33,086 nt of DNA from Myxococcota bacterium (GCA_049322255.1 JBMORE010000026.1:1-33086), one strand, 5' to 3'. Counted from the stretch's first letter, positions 1 to 9,417 are shown. Notes: generated from the letters alone by a model not told the origin. Numbers and translations are program-made.

Positions 1-94
1 AGCCCCAAGGTGTGCGGAGCGGTCAAAAGATTCTCGGTCGCGCCAGGCCGCAGCGGCTTCTGGCAGACTGGGGCTTTTGGTGAGCGAGCCCACG

Positions 95-1345
95 ATGAAG
101 CGGCGCCATCTATTGATGTTGTTGGGTGGGGTGACGTTGGCGGGGGCGGCGCGGTTGGGCTGTTTCCGCCTGGCGCGCCCGGGAAGCCCGTCGGGGCCCT
201 TGAGCCGCAGAGCGCGGGTGCTCATCGAGCGCGCCTGGGGAGGGCTCGACCCGAAGCGGGTGCTCGATGCACACGTGCACATCGTGGGCCTGGGCGCGGG
301 CGGTACCGGTTGCTGGGTGAACGAGAAGATGCAGCGCTACTTCGCCTACCCGCTGCAGTACGCGCGCTTCTCCATTTATCGGACGGCCGCGGGCATCGAG
401 GACGACGCCCGGGGAGACCAGCAGTACGTGGAGCGTCTGCTCTCGCTGATCCGCCAAGGGCCTGCGCACGGGCGCGCGCTCATCATGGCCTTCGACCAGG
501 TGCACGACGAGGAGGGCAAAGCGCAAGCCGAGCTCTCCGAGCTCTTCACTCCCAACGATTACGTCTTGCGGTTGGCCAAGGAGCACCCCGACGCCTTCGT
601 GCCTTGCGCCTCCATTCACCCCTACCGCAGGGACGCGGTGAGCGCGCTCGAAGAAGCGGTCAGAGGCGGCGCAGTGGCCGTGAAATGGCTGCCCAACGCG
701 ATGCGAATGGATCCGTCTTCTCCCAAGTGCGACGCGTTCTACCAGAAGCTCGCCGAGCTACAGGTGCCGCTCATCACCCACGCGGGTGAGGAGAAGGCGG
801 TGCACGCGGAAGAGGCACAGCGCTTTGGTAACCCCTTGCACCTACGGCGTGCGCTCGATGTGGGGGTGAAGGTGGTGGTCGCCCACTGCGCCAGCCTGGG
901 ACAGAACCCCGACCTCGACGCCGAGGTGAAAGAAGGCGAAGCGCGCCCCTGGGTGGACAACTTCGAGCTCTTCCTCCGGCTGATGGGGGAGAAGAAGTAC
1001 GAAGGTCAGCTCTTTGGCGACCTCTCGGCGCTGCCGCAGTTCAACCGCGTCGGACGGCCGCTCACCGAGATGCTCAAGCGGCCCGACTTGCAGGCCCGCG
1101 CCATCAACGGCAGCGACTACCCGCTGCCCGCGGTGAACGTGCTCATGCAGACCAGCACCCTGGAGAGCCAGGGCTACCTGAATGCCCCGGAGCGCGAGGC
1201 GCTCAACGAAATCGACCAGCACAACCCGCTGTTGTTCGACTTCGTGATGAAGCGCACTCTCAAGGTAAAAGAAGGGAAGGTAGAGCACCGCTTCGGTCCG
1301 CAGGCCTTCATGACACGGCCGGAGCTGTTTTCACGGCTGGGTTAG
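95..1345 (+). CDS. Amidohydrolase_2-family metallo-hydrolase, possibly Tat-exported
   Basis: Metal ligands DAHVH, AVKW, ITHAG, VAHCA and NGSDYP. The N-terminus MKRRHLL plus a hydrophobic stretch resembles a twin-arginine signal. The start could be 77, 80 or 95. Confidence 0.85.
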   Translation: MKRRHLLMLLGGVTLAGAARLGCFRLARPGSPSGPLSRRARVLIERAWGGLDPKRVLDAHVHIVGLGAGGTGCWVNEKMQRYFAYPLQYARFSIYRTAAGIEDDARGDQQYVERLLSLIRQGPAHGRALIMAFDQVHDEEGKAQAELSELFTPNDYVLRLAKEHPDAFVPCASIHPYRRDAVSALEEAVRGGAVAVKWLPNAMRMDPSSPKCDAFYQKLAELQVPLITHAGEEKAVHAEEAQRFGNPLHLRRALDVGVKVVVAHCASLGQNPDLDAEVKEGEARPWVDNFELFLRLMGEKKYEGQLFGDLSALPQFNRVGRPLTEMLKRPDLQARAINGSDYPLPAVNVLMQTSTLESQGYLNAPEREALNEIDQHNPLLFDFVMKRTLKVKEGKVEHRFGPQAFMTRPELFSRLG

Positions 1346-1370
1346 GCTCTGCTAATTTTGCGTGGCTCGC

Positions 1371-1839
1371 TTAGCCTCGTTCCATCGCGTCGTCGAGCGC
1401 GCGGCCGAGAAGCTCCTTCACGCCGAGGCGCTCGGCCCAGTGCATCAGATAGGACGTGTCGAGCTGTGGACCCGAGACGGAGCTTCACGTGGCGCCGGCG
1501 CGCGAACTCGGAGTCCGAAAAGGAATCACCCTGGCGCGCGAAGACGTCAATCTTCAGCGCGGTGGGCAAGAAAAAGATGTTCCACGACCGCTCGGTTCTC
1601 AGTGCATCTGAGAGTGCTTCTTCATCGTCGACGAAGTCGGGGCCAAGTAGCTCGGCCAGACGTCGGACCTGGCCGGGGCTCATCTCGACCACGAAGTCGA
1701 GGTCGTTGGTCGCACGAGGCTCTCCCAGCAGCGAGCTCGCGACGCTGCCTCCCACCAGGTAGCGCACACCGAGCATTTCGAGCGCGGCACCGAAGCGAAG
1801 CGCGAGATCGACCACCTCGTCCGAGGAGGGAGCGGTCAT
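1371..1839 (-). pseudogene. Nucleotidyltransferase (MenT1/DUF6036-like toxin), internally deleted and frameshifted
   Basis: YLVGGSVASSLLGEPRATNDLDFVV is a pol-beta NTase signature. After HVKLR (~1480) the frame turns to junk. A shifted frame reads VSGPQLDTSYLMHWAERLGVKELLGRALDDAMERG* (stop 1371-1373), the C-terminus expected for this family. Confidence 0.7.
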
Positions 1840-2081
1840 GGTGGGCGCTGTGTGACGCGACGAGCAAGATCGGGCCCGTAGAGCAGCTCAATCAGGCGTC
1901 GACGAACCTCGGATTCATCAGCGGTTGGATGCCGCATCCGAATGCCGGCGAGCGCCAAACGTCGCGTCCAGGCCATGAGGGACGCAGACGCTCGAAGCCG
2001 GCGCGCGGGAGTGAGTCCACGGAGCATCGAGTAATAGCGCTGGCGCTGTTGTGGCGAAGTGTCCTGTTCGAGAGTGGTCAT
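1836..2081 (-). CDS. Small helical protein, putative antitoxin of the adjacent NTase (MenA1-like)
   Basis: 81 aa with DTSP...RRL...ALAGIRMRHP..DESEVRRRL. 4-nt overlaps with both neighbours. Confidence 0.65.
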   Translation of the reverse strand: MTTLEQDTSPQQRQRYYSMLRGLTPARRLRASASLMAWTRRLALAGIRMRHPTADESEVRRRLIELLYGPDLARRVTQRPP

Positions 2082-2710
2082 TGGCTGAACACCAGGAAGT
2101 ACTGGTGGGGGAGAAACTCGTGGTCGGCTTCGAGCAGAAAGCCGGCGGCGGAAAGCTCGGCGATGACCTCTTCGGGAGGCACCTTGTGCGCATCGGGTGG
2201 GCCGTGTGGGGCGCCTCGCCGGAAGTCCACCACCGCCACTTTGCCGTCGGCGGTGAGCGAGCTTTTCAGTCGCTGGAAGTACGCCACCCGGTCCTCGAGG
2301 TGGTGGTAGGTGTTGACGATGAGGACCAGGTACACCGGCTCGGGCAGCTTGGGGTCGTCGGCTGCCGCCTGTACCGCGACCAGGTTGGCCAGGTTCTCCT
2401 TCACCGCGCGCTCACGCAGGTGGGCGACCATCGCCGGCTCCAAGTCGACCGCGAACACCTTGCCTTGGGGCACCGTTCGTGCCAGCCGTACGGAGAAGTA
2501 GCCTGTGCCTGCCCCGACGTCGGCGACGCTCGCTCCTGGAGCCAACGCCAACGCGGCGAGAACCTCGTCTGGCTTTTGGTCGGCGTCGCGCGAGGGGTCG
2601 TCCCACCGCTTCGCCCACGTTTGTGGGTCGTCGAACCGGTGGTCGACCGGGTGGTGCGCGCAGCCCTCCGCGAGAAGGACGGCAAGAAAGAATGGGCGCG
2701 CCAGTCTCAT
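2078..2710 (-). CDS. Class I SAM-dependent methyltransferase with lipoprotein-like signal
   Basis: Motif I VADVGAGTGYF, VFAVDL and NTYHH. N-terminus MRLARPFFLAVLLAEGC. The ATG overlaps the upstream TGA. Confidence 0.85.
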   Translation of the reverse strand: MRLARPFFLAVLLAEGCAHHPVDHRFDDPQTWAKRWDDPSRDADQKPDEVLAALALAPGASVADVGAGTGYFSVRLARTVPQGKVFAVDLEPAMVAHLRERAVKENLANLVAVQAAADDPKLPEPVYLVLIVNTYHHLEDRVAYFQRLKSSLTADGKVAVVDFRRGAPHGPPDAHKVPPEEVIAELSAAGFLLEADHEFLPHQYFLVFSQ

Positions 2711-2955
2711 GCCGCAGCAGCCTGGTGACACTTGCAGCGGCACAGTCCGTTGCCCATGCAGCCCTTGGGCGCGCACACCTCGCAAGGAGCGCCCTTGGGG
2801 TAGGTGTGCTTGTCCTTGCCGTAATACGACTCGAAGGCATTGATGCCGCCCACGTCGGTCTCGGTGACCGTGCCGCCTCCTCCCGCTTTGGTGGTGGAGT
2901 AGAGGGCGAGCGCGATGAGCGCGACGATGGCCAGGCAGGCGAGCGCGATGAACAT
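2707..2955 (-). CDS. Small membrane-anchored Cys-rich protein (82 aa)
   Basis: AAGGA RBS, N-terminal hydrophobic helix, C-terminal CEVC-x4-C-x5-CRCKCH. Confidence 0.6.
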   Translation of the reverse strand: MFIALACLAIVALIALALYSTTKAGGGGTVTETDVGGINAFESYYGKDKHTYPKGAPCEVCAPKGCMGNGLCRCKCHQAAAA

Positions 2956-3006
2956 GGCGGCGGTTTCCTTACGAGGAGCGGCCGTGGGCGTCAACTGCGG
3001 CCTTCG

Positions 3007-3035
3007 TTGACTGGGCTTTCCCCGCGGGCTACACC
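3007..3035 (+). promoter_or_regulatory. Putative sigma70 promoter of dnaN
   Basis: TTGACT-17 bp-TACACC, followed by a GAGGA RBS before ATG 3062. Confidence 0.5.
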
Positions 3036-3061
3036 GCGAAGCCCTTCGAAAGAGGACACCC

Positions 3062-4168
3062 ATGGAATTTCGGATCGCGACCGACGAGCTGAGGAAGGCG
3101 CTCTACCGGGCGCAGGGCATCGTGGAGAAGAAGACCACCATGCCCATCCTCGCCAACGTGCTGGTGACGGCCACCAAGACCAACGTCACCGTCACCGCCT
3201 TCGACTTGGACATCGGGGTGGTGAGCGAGCACCCCGCGGAGGTGACCAAGCAGGGAGCGGTCACCCTCTCGGCCAAGTACGTCTTCGACATCGTGCAGAG
3301 CCTGCCCGAGGCGCAGCTCACCGTGCGTAAGCTGCCCAACAACTACGCCGAAATCACCTCCGGGCCGTCGCACTTCAAAATCGTCGGTATGGCGCCCGAG
3401 GAGTACCCCAAGCTCCCCAAGGAGGAGAGCGCGCCGCTGGTGAAGGTGAACGGCAACACGCTGTTGGAGATGATTCGCAAGACCTCCTTCGCCATCTCCA
3501 CCGACGAGACGCGCTACATCTTGAACGGCGTCTTCTTCGAGCCGCGCGAGGGCGGCAAGGTGCGCATGGTGGCCACCGACGGGCACCGGCTCGCCTTGGT
3601 GGAGCGCGCGCTCGACGGTGACTTCAAGCTCAAGAGCGGAGTCATCATGCCGCGCAAGGGGCTGTTCGAGCTTCGGCGCTTGCTCGACGAGGCGCCCGAC
3701 GCCGAGGTGCAGCTGGGCTTTGCCCAGAGCTCGGCCTTGTTCAAAAAGCCCGGGCTGACGATGGTGATGCGGCTCATCGACGGCCAGTTTCCCGAGTACC
3801 AGCGGGTCATCCCCAAAGAGGGTGAGCGGCAGGTGACCGTCAACCGCTCCCGGTTTCTCGAGGGCCTCAAGCGCATCGCCCTCTTGTCGGCGGACAAGTC
3901 GAACGCGGTGAGAATCCAGCTCTCCGAAAACCAACTGCGCATCACCGCCAACAACCCCGACCTGGGCGAAGCGAAAGACGACATCGACGTCGCTTACAAG
4001 GGCACGGACATCACCGTCGGCTTCAACGCGCGCTACCTCATCGACGTGCTCTCGGTGGTGGAGAGCGACGAGGTGGCGTTCGAGCTGGGCGATGAGCACA
4101 GCCCCGGTGTGCTGCGCCCCCCCGGCGACAAGAGCTACACCGCGGTGGTGATGCCGATGCGGGTGTAA
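3062..4168 (+). CDS. dnaN: DNA polymerase III beta sliding clamp
   Basis: 368 aa; TMPILANVL, STDETRYILNGV, VATDGHRL, RLIDGQFPEY, GFNARYL, VVMPMRV. Confidence 0.98.
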   Translation: MEFRIATDELRKALYRAQGIVEKKTTMPILANVLVTATKTNVTVTAFDLDIGVVSEHPAEVTKQGAVTLSAKYVFDIVQSLPEAQLTVRKLPNNYAEITSGPSHFKIVGMAPEEYPKLPKEESAPLVKVNGNTLLEMIRKTSFAISTDETRYILNGVFFEPREGGKVRMVATDGHRLALVERALDGDFKLKSGVIMPRKGLFELRRLLDEAPDAEVQLGFAQSSALFKKPGLTMVMRLIDGQFPEYQRVIPKEGERQVTVNRSRFLEGLKRIALLSADKSNAVRIQLSENQLRITANNPDLGEAKDDIDVAYKGTDITVGFNARYLIDVLSVVESDEVAFELGDEHSPGVLRPPGDKSYTAVVMPMRV

Positions 4169-4211
4169 GCAGTTCATGGCCGGCTGGGTGGGGGTTGGCT
4201 ACAATGACCGC

Positions 4212-4505
4212 GTGACGGCCGCGATTCCTCCAGGAGTGCAGGAGTTGTTCTGGGATGCTGGGGAGACGATCGACCCCGAGCGGAATGCAGACTACGTGCT
4301 GGGGCGGGTGCTCGAGCACGGGCGGCATGAAGACGTTCGCTGGCTGCTCGGCTATTACGGTGCCGAGCGGATACTCGACTTCGTTCGCCGCCGCGGCCCG
4401 CAGGTTCTTTCACCCGCCACGGCAAATTTCTGGCTGATGGCGCTCGGGGGTGAGCATTGGGACGAGTCCTACCAGAGCCGCAAGTCGCCGCTCTGGCCGC
4501 ACTAG
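4212..4505 (+). CDS. DUF6922-like small protein, putative partner of the AbiEii-family NTase
   Basis: LFWD...IDPERNADYVLGRVLEHG..EDVRWLL..YG pattern. GTG lies 6 nt after TACAAT; alternative start 4176. Confidence 0.7.
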   Translation: MTAAIPPGVQELFWDAGETIDPERNADYVLGRVLEHGRHEDVRWLLGYYGAERILDFVRRRGPQVLSPATANFWLMALGGEHWDESYQSRKSPLWPH

Positions 4506-5095
4506 CCAAGTCGCCGCTCGTCGAACGGTTTTACCTGGCTGGCGGCACCGCGCTCGCGCTCCAGCTTGCGCACCGCGAGTCCTACGACCTCGACTTCTTT
4601 CGCGAAGAGCCGTTCGACCCCACGGCCGAGCTCGCGGGAGTGGTGGGTGAGGGGTGGACGGTGACCCGAACCGAGCCGAGCACCGCACACCTGTTGTTCC
4701 AGGGCGTGCGCGTGTCGTTGCTGGGCTATCCCTATCCCTTGCTGCGCCCCCTGGTGGTTGCTCCTCCGCCTTGGGAGTCATGCGTCCGGTTGGCCTCCAT
4801 CGAGGACGTTCTCGCGATGAAACTATCGGCGGTGGGAAGCCGCGGTGCGCGGCGCGACTTCGTCGACCTCTTCTTCGGCATGAGACACCTTGGCCTGGGC
4901 CTGGTGGACGTCTTGGCCTTGTTCGACCAGAAGTTTCGCGGCGCCCGTTACGACCGCTACCATTTCGCCCGTGCGGTGACTTACTTCGCGGACGCGGAGA
5001 AAGAGCCCATCCCGAAAATGCTCGCACCGCTCGACTGGCCCGAGCTGAAGCGCTTCTTCGAGCTGGAGGCGAAGAAGCTCCTTCTTTCGCCCTAG
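4457..5095 (+). CDS. Nucleotidyl transferase, AbiEii/AbiGii toxin family
   Basis: FYLAGGTALALQLAHRESYDLDFF and LASIEDVLAMKLSAVGSRGARRDFVDL motifs. Overlaps the upstream gene. Confidence 0.88.
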   Translation: MGRVLPEPQVAALAALAKSPLVERFYLAGGTALALQLAHRESYDLDFFREEPFDPTAELAGVVGEGWTVTRTEPSTAHLLFQGVRVSLLGYPYPLLRPLVVAPPPWESCVRLASIEDVLAMKLSAVGSRGARRDFVDLFFGMRHLGLGLVDVLALFDQKFRGARYDRYHFARAVTYFADAEKEPIPKMLAPLDWPELKRFFELEAKKLLLSP

Positions 5096-5997
5096 GTGAG
5101 GGAAGAGAGCTGCCACAGTGTGTGCGACAGCTCGAGGGCCCCCACCCGCTCCTCGCTGAGGGTGGCGGAGGCCGATAGACGCTCCGAGGGATTTCGCTCC
5201 ACCGCGCACAGCCAACAGACCACCTCCAGCCGCTCGGCCGCGCTCACCGCCAGGGGAGCCAGGCGCACCTCGCACAGCTGCGCCATCCGCGCGCACGCCA
5301 TGCCGTGCCAGAACTCCGCGCGCAAAAGCTGCTCCTGCCCGTTCTTGGGCACAGAGCGCGGTGCGTGGCCGGCCTGCTTCTTGAGCGCACGCGCGAGGGC
5401 GCCCTGGTCGTCCAGCTGCGCAAGACGCGCCCACACCGCCGCCAGCGCGCTCTCTCCGGCGGGCCAGGCCTTTTGCAACGCGGCGAGCTCCTCAGGCGCG
5501 AAAGGAAGCTTGCCGGAAGGGTCGAAGGGACGGCCGAAGAGCGCCTCCAGCTTTTCGCCAAAGGCCACCGCGTCGCGTAGCTCCGGCAGCTCTCGCGAGA
5601 GCACCTCGGACGCTCGTGCGCCGCAGGCCAGCTGCGCCTCCAAGTCCCACAGCAGCTTGACCAGAGGCTCCTGGGGACAGCCGAGGCGTTCGGCGGCGGT
5701 GGAACAGAGCTTTTCCCGCAAGGACTCCACCTCGCGAAGACAGCGCACGATGGAAGCGCGGGCGGGCCAGCCCTCTGCCTTCGCGCGTCGCTTCGCCGCC
5801 GTCAGCGCCTCGTCGACTTGCGCCTGCACCGCCAGCACCTCGCGCAAAAGCCCCGTGTGGCGCCTCAAGCGCTTTCGCCACCTCAGCGAACGTAAAAGCG
5901 CTACCAGGTCTTGGTAGCGCGCCCGAGTGGTGTCGAGCAGCGCGGCACGGCCCTCCAATCGTCGTCGGTAGTCTTCGTCGGGAAAGCTCGTTCCCAT
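5092..5997 (-). CDS. Hypothetical alpha-helical protein (301 aa)
   Basis: Long ORF with GC-type codon usage, ATG start 6 nt after TAGACT, convergent overlap with the AbiEii stop. Confidence 0.65.
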   Translation of the reverse strand: MGTSFPDEDYRRRLEGRAALLDTTRARYQDLVALLRSLRWRKRLRRHTGLLREVLAVQAQVDEALTAAKRRAKAEGWPARASIVRCLREVESLREKLCSTAAERLGCPQEPLVKLLWDLEAQLACGARASEVLSRELPELRDAVAFGEKLEALFGRPFDPSGKLPFAPEELAALQKAWPAGESALAAVWARLAQLDDQGALARALKKQAGHAPRSVPKNGQEQLLRAEFWHGMACARMAQLCEVRLAPLAVSAAERLEVVCWLCAVERNPSERLSASATLSEERVGALELSHTLWQLSSLT

Positions 5998-6083
5998 GGC
6001 GAGAGTCTAGGAACGCGCCCTCGCTTCGCCCACCGCACCCGGCAGGGATTTTTTCGGTAGGCTGCGCCCCTTTCGGAGGGACG

Positions 6084-6929
6084 TTGACCCGCATGCTGTT
6101 CACCACGGTACTGATGCTCCTCGGAGCGGCCGCGCAAGCGCAGACGCCGGACGAGAAAGACAAACCCAAGCTCTTGGTGAACGACTTGGCCGCCCACGGA
6201 GTGCCGCCGGCGCAGGCAGTGGCGATGACCGAGGCCATCGTCGCCACCCTCACCGGGCGCGGGCTGTTCAAAGTCGTCTCCAGCCAGGACGTGCGCGAGC
6301 TTTTGGGCGTCGAGCGGCAGCGACAGATTCTGGGCGCCTGCGGCGACGACGGAGAACAATGCGGCGTCGACTTGGGCAGCGCCGCCGCGGCGCGCTTCGT
6401 GCTCTCCGGCTCCCTCTCCCGCTTGGGGGCCACCTTTCAGCTGTCGCTGCAGATGCTCGACACCCAGAAGTCCAAGGCGGTGGCCCGCGCCACCCGCCTG
6501 GCGGCGGACTTGGAGACGTTGCGCGCCCTCCTCCCCTACGCGGTCGCCGAGGCCACCGGCTCGCCCTTGCCCCCGCCCGCCTCGCGGGTGGTGCAGTCTT
6601 CGATGGTCGCCACCGGCAGCGCGCTTCTTTTGGGTGGTGGGGTGTACGGCATGCTGGCGCTCTCCCGGCAAGCGGTGCTCAACGACGAGCTGTGTCCCGG
6701 CGGCGCGGTGGGAGACCGTTGCAGCGGCTCCGCCTTGCGCCCACGGGAGTTCTACCTGGCGCAGGACGCCGCCCTGGGGACGCAGAAGACGACCGCGCTG
6801 TTGCTCATGGCCGTGGGCGCCGCGCTGGCAGGAGCCGGGCTGTACCTGATGCCGCCTCCCGAAGGCGGCCCGCGGGTGGCGCTGGTGCCCAGCGGGGGCG
6901 GCCTCGCCCTGGTGGGAGTCTGGCCATGA
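6084..6929 (+). CDS. Secreted protein with CsgG/TolB-N-like N-terminal domain and C-terminal hydrophobic helices
   Basis: Signal peptide ending AQA; VSSQDVRELLGVERQRQILGAC and VLSGSLSRLG; GGAGG RBS. Confidence 0.75.
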   Translation: MTRMLFTTVLMLLGAAAQAQTPDEKDKPKLLVNDLAAHGVPPAQAVAMTEAIVATLTGRGLFKVVSSQDVRELLGVERQRQILGACGDDGEQCGVDLGSAAAARFVLSGSLSRLGATFQLSLQMLDTQKSKAVARATRLAADLETLRALLPYAVAEATGSPLPPPASRVVQSSMVATGSALLLGGGVYGMLALSRQAVLNDELCPGGAVGDRCSGSALRPREFYLAQDAALGTQKTTALLLMAVGAALAGAGLYLMPPPEGGPRVALVPSGGGLALVGVWP

Positions 6930-9409
6930 CCCGAAGACTTCTCGCCACCTTGCTGCTCTGCGTCGCCGCCGCGTGCGGTGGGTTGCTCGTGGACAAAGGC
7001 AACGCCTTCCCCTGCGACTTCTCTCAGCCCGAGGGCGAGCGGGACAAGGCCTGCGCTCCGGGTTGGGTGTGCGGCGTCTCCGGAGAGTGTCAGCTCTTTC
7101 GCAACGAAGGGCCGCAATTCGAAGGGCCCCCGCCGCTGCCGGTGGCGGACGCGGGTACCCTCATTCACCCCAAGCAGCTTCGGGGCGAGGTGCGGCAGGT
7201 GTGGCCCTCGGCCGCCCCCGACGGACGCGGAGTGGTGGTGGTATCCACCGCCACGGGCGAGCGGGTCTTCAGCGGCGAACGGTGGATTCGCCTCACCGAG
7301 CTGCAAGGCCTCGACGGCGGCGAAGCGACCGGTGGGGCGCTCTACCGGGGAGGGAAGGTGCTCCTGCGCGCTGCCGATGGCCGGGCGCGGGTGCTTTCCC
7401 CCAATGGCTCCGCCGAGCCGGTGCTGGGTCCCAGCGGGCTGGCGGCGCGGGGGGTGAGAGGGTTTCGCGTCGGGTTTCATGACACCGGCCTCCTCAAGGC
7501 GGCGGTGCTGACTGACGGGCTTGCCGGCTCCACCCCCAGCGGCGAGCTGTTCGACCCCGGCGAGGGCGGCGCTGCGTACCGGGTGAGCCCGTTCGTGGTG
7601 GCGGGCGCCGACGGCGGGGTGCTCCTGGAGCGAGTGGAGGACGTGCGCTGGGTTCCGCGCGCCTTCGTCCCCGCACTGGCCAGCGGCAGTGAGCCTCTGT
7701 TGCCGCTGGTGGCCACGGCCAGCCTCGGCGGAGGCGGCGGGTTGTACCTGCGCACCGGCCCGGGAGAGAGCTGGACCCGTCTGGACCAGGACGAGCCTCT
7801 GGCTGGTGTGGGCCCGCTGGCCTTGCGGCACGACCGGAGCCTCTCGGTGTGGACGGTGGCCTCGGGGGTACCTGAGCCGAATCCCAAGCCGCGCGTGCTC
7901 GCCACTTTCCAGGTGGACCGTCTTCCCGCCAGTCCCCGGTTGGTGCGTGCTTGGCAGGACTGCGCTCCTTGCGATGTGGGGCACATCGTGGCCTTCGGGC
8001 CCACCCGGGTGAACAACGCTCCGGCGGTGGAGGTGCTCTGTGCTCGTCGCGCCATCGGCGAGGCCAGCGAGGAGCGGCTCTCCTTGGTGCGAGTGGTGGG
8101 CTCTACCGCCACCAGCCCCTTCAGCGCCTGCCAGCTGGAGGCACTCGAGCCGTCCATCGACCTTTCCCGGGTGGTGGGAGGGGTGGGCAAGCGCTACGCC
8201 CTCGACGAGGCGCTGGGCGACCAGTTCGCAATGGGCGGCAAGGACGGCCAGGTGTGGATGGGAAGCTCCCTCTCCACGCTCGCTCCCCGCTTCCTCGAGC
8301 GTGTGCCACGGGCGCTGGGCACCTTCGAGCTGCCCGCCGCCGTCGCCTCCGCCTTGGAGCTGGAGCAACCCGCCGACGGGCGCAAGGCACTGGTGATGGC
8401 CGGGCGCTACCTTGCGGCCGAATTGTCCACCAACGGCTTTGCCGCCCTCGACGTGGCCGAGCTGTCGCCCATTCCGCTCCCCAAAGAGGTGACGGTGGAA
8501 GGAGCGGTGCGCGAGGCCAACGGGTGGGGGCTTCTCTCCTCGGCGGACTTGGCGCGCGTTTCTCCCAGCGACGGCGGCCTTCGTGGGCTGTCGCTGTCTT
8601 TCGGGCCGCGGATGCTCGACGGCCGGGGCAGCGCGGCGGCGGCTCCTTTTCACGGCGACGCGGTGGTGAATCTCGACGGAGGGCTGGTCTCCTTCGTCCT
8701 CGCCGCGGACGACAGCGTGTATTTTTGGAACACGCCCGGCGAGGTGGCCGGCGAGCCCAACGCCCTGCCGCCCTTGTTGCCGCAGCTCACTCCCGAGCCG
8801 ACCTTCCCCATCCGCTCGATGGCGCTGGAGCGCTCTCCCCTGGGCACCGACGGGGTGCGCTTCGTGCGCGGCTATGTCGTCACCTCGCGAAACCTCTTCG
8901 AGTTCTCCTTGGGCGGTCAGCCTGCCCGCTGGAGCGCCCGGCCTCTGGTGGTGAGCAGCGGGGAGCCGGTGGAGGTGTGGATGGACCACCCCCGCGGGGC
9001 GTTAGGGAGGGTGGGTTATCGCGATGGCGAGGTGTACACCCTGCCCGGCGGGTTTCCTTTGGTGCAACGGCTGCCGGGGAGCGACGGCGGCTCCGACCGG
9101 GTGCTGGACTACGAAAACCTGGGCGGCTGGCCGGTGGCGCTGGCCGAATCGGGCCTCTACGTCGCGAGGTGGGGCGTGTTGCCCGACGGCAAGCTGGACA
9201 ACAAGTTTCCCGATGGCCGGCTGGGGAAGACGATGACGTGGCGCCCGCTCACCCTGCCGGACGGCACGCAGCCGTGGCTGGGAAAAAAGGCCTATCTCCA
9301 TGTGGAGCGCCGCGGCGTTCCCGGCGCGGCCACGGGTTCTCGGTATGTGCTTTCGGTGTACGCCGGGCCTGAGGTGTACGAGGTCGCCACCCTCACCCGC
9401 GCCCGGTAG
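6926..9409 (+). CDS. Large lipoprotein (827 aa), Cys-rich N-terminus, probably beta-rich
   Basis: ATGA overlap with the upstream gene; MTRRLLATLLLCVAAAC lipobox; CDF...CAPGWVCGVSGEC motif. Confidence 0.8.
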   Translation: MTRRLLATLLLCVAAACGGLLVDKGNAFPCDFSQPEGERDKACAPGWVCGVSGECQLFRNEGPQFEGPPPLPVADAGTLIHPKQLRGEVRQVWPSAAPDGRGVVVVSTATGERVFSGERWIRLTELQGLDGGEATGGALYRGGKVLLRAADGRARVLSPNGSAEPVLGPSGLAARGVRGFRVGFHDTGLLKAAVLTDGLAGSTPSGELFDPGEGGAAYRVSPFVVAGADGGVLLERVEDVRWVPRAFVPALASGSEPLLPLVATASLGGGGGLYLRTGPGESWTRLDQDEPLAGVGPLALRHDRSLSVWTVASGVPEPNPKPRVLATFQVDRLPASPRLVRAWQDCAPCDVGHIVAFGPTRVNNAPAVEVLCARRAIGEASEERLSLVRVVGSTATSPFSACQLEALEPSIDLSRVVGGVGKRYALDEALGDQFAMGGKDGQVWMGSSLSTLAPRFLERVPRALGTFELPAAVASALELEQPADGRKALVMAGRYLAAELSTNGFAALDVAELSPIPLPKEVTVEGAVREANGWGLLSSADLARVSPSDGGLRGLSLSFGPRMLDGRGSAAAAPFHGDAVVNLDGGLVSFVLAADDSVYFWNTPGEVAGEPNALPPLLPQLTPEPTFPIRSMALERSPLGTDGVRFVRGYVVTSRNLFEFSLGGQPARWSARPLVVSSGEPVEVWMDHPRGALGRVGYRDGEVYTLPGGFPLVQRLPGSDGGSDRVLDYENLGGWPVALAESGLYVARWGVLPDGKLDNKFPDGRLGKTMTWRPLTLPDGTQPWLGKKAYLHVERRGVPGAATGSRYVLSVYAGPEVYEVATLTRAR

Positions 9410-9417
9410 AACCGACC

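Noticed and set aside
6359..6925. N-terminal extension giving a 1016-aa ORF
   Set aside because: It overlaps gene 6084-6929 in another frame; the real start with a lipoprotein signal is ATG 6926.
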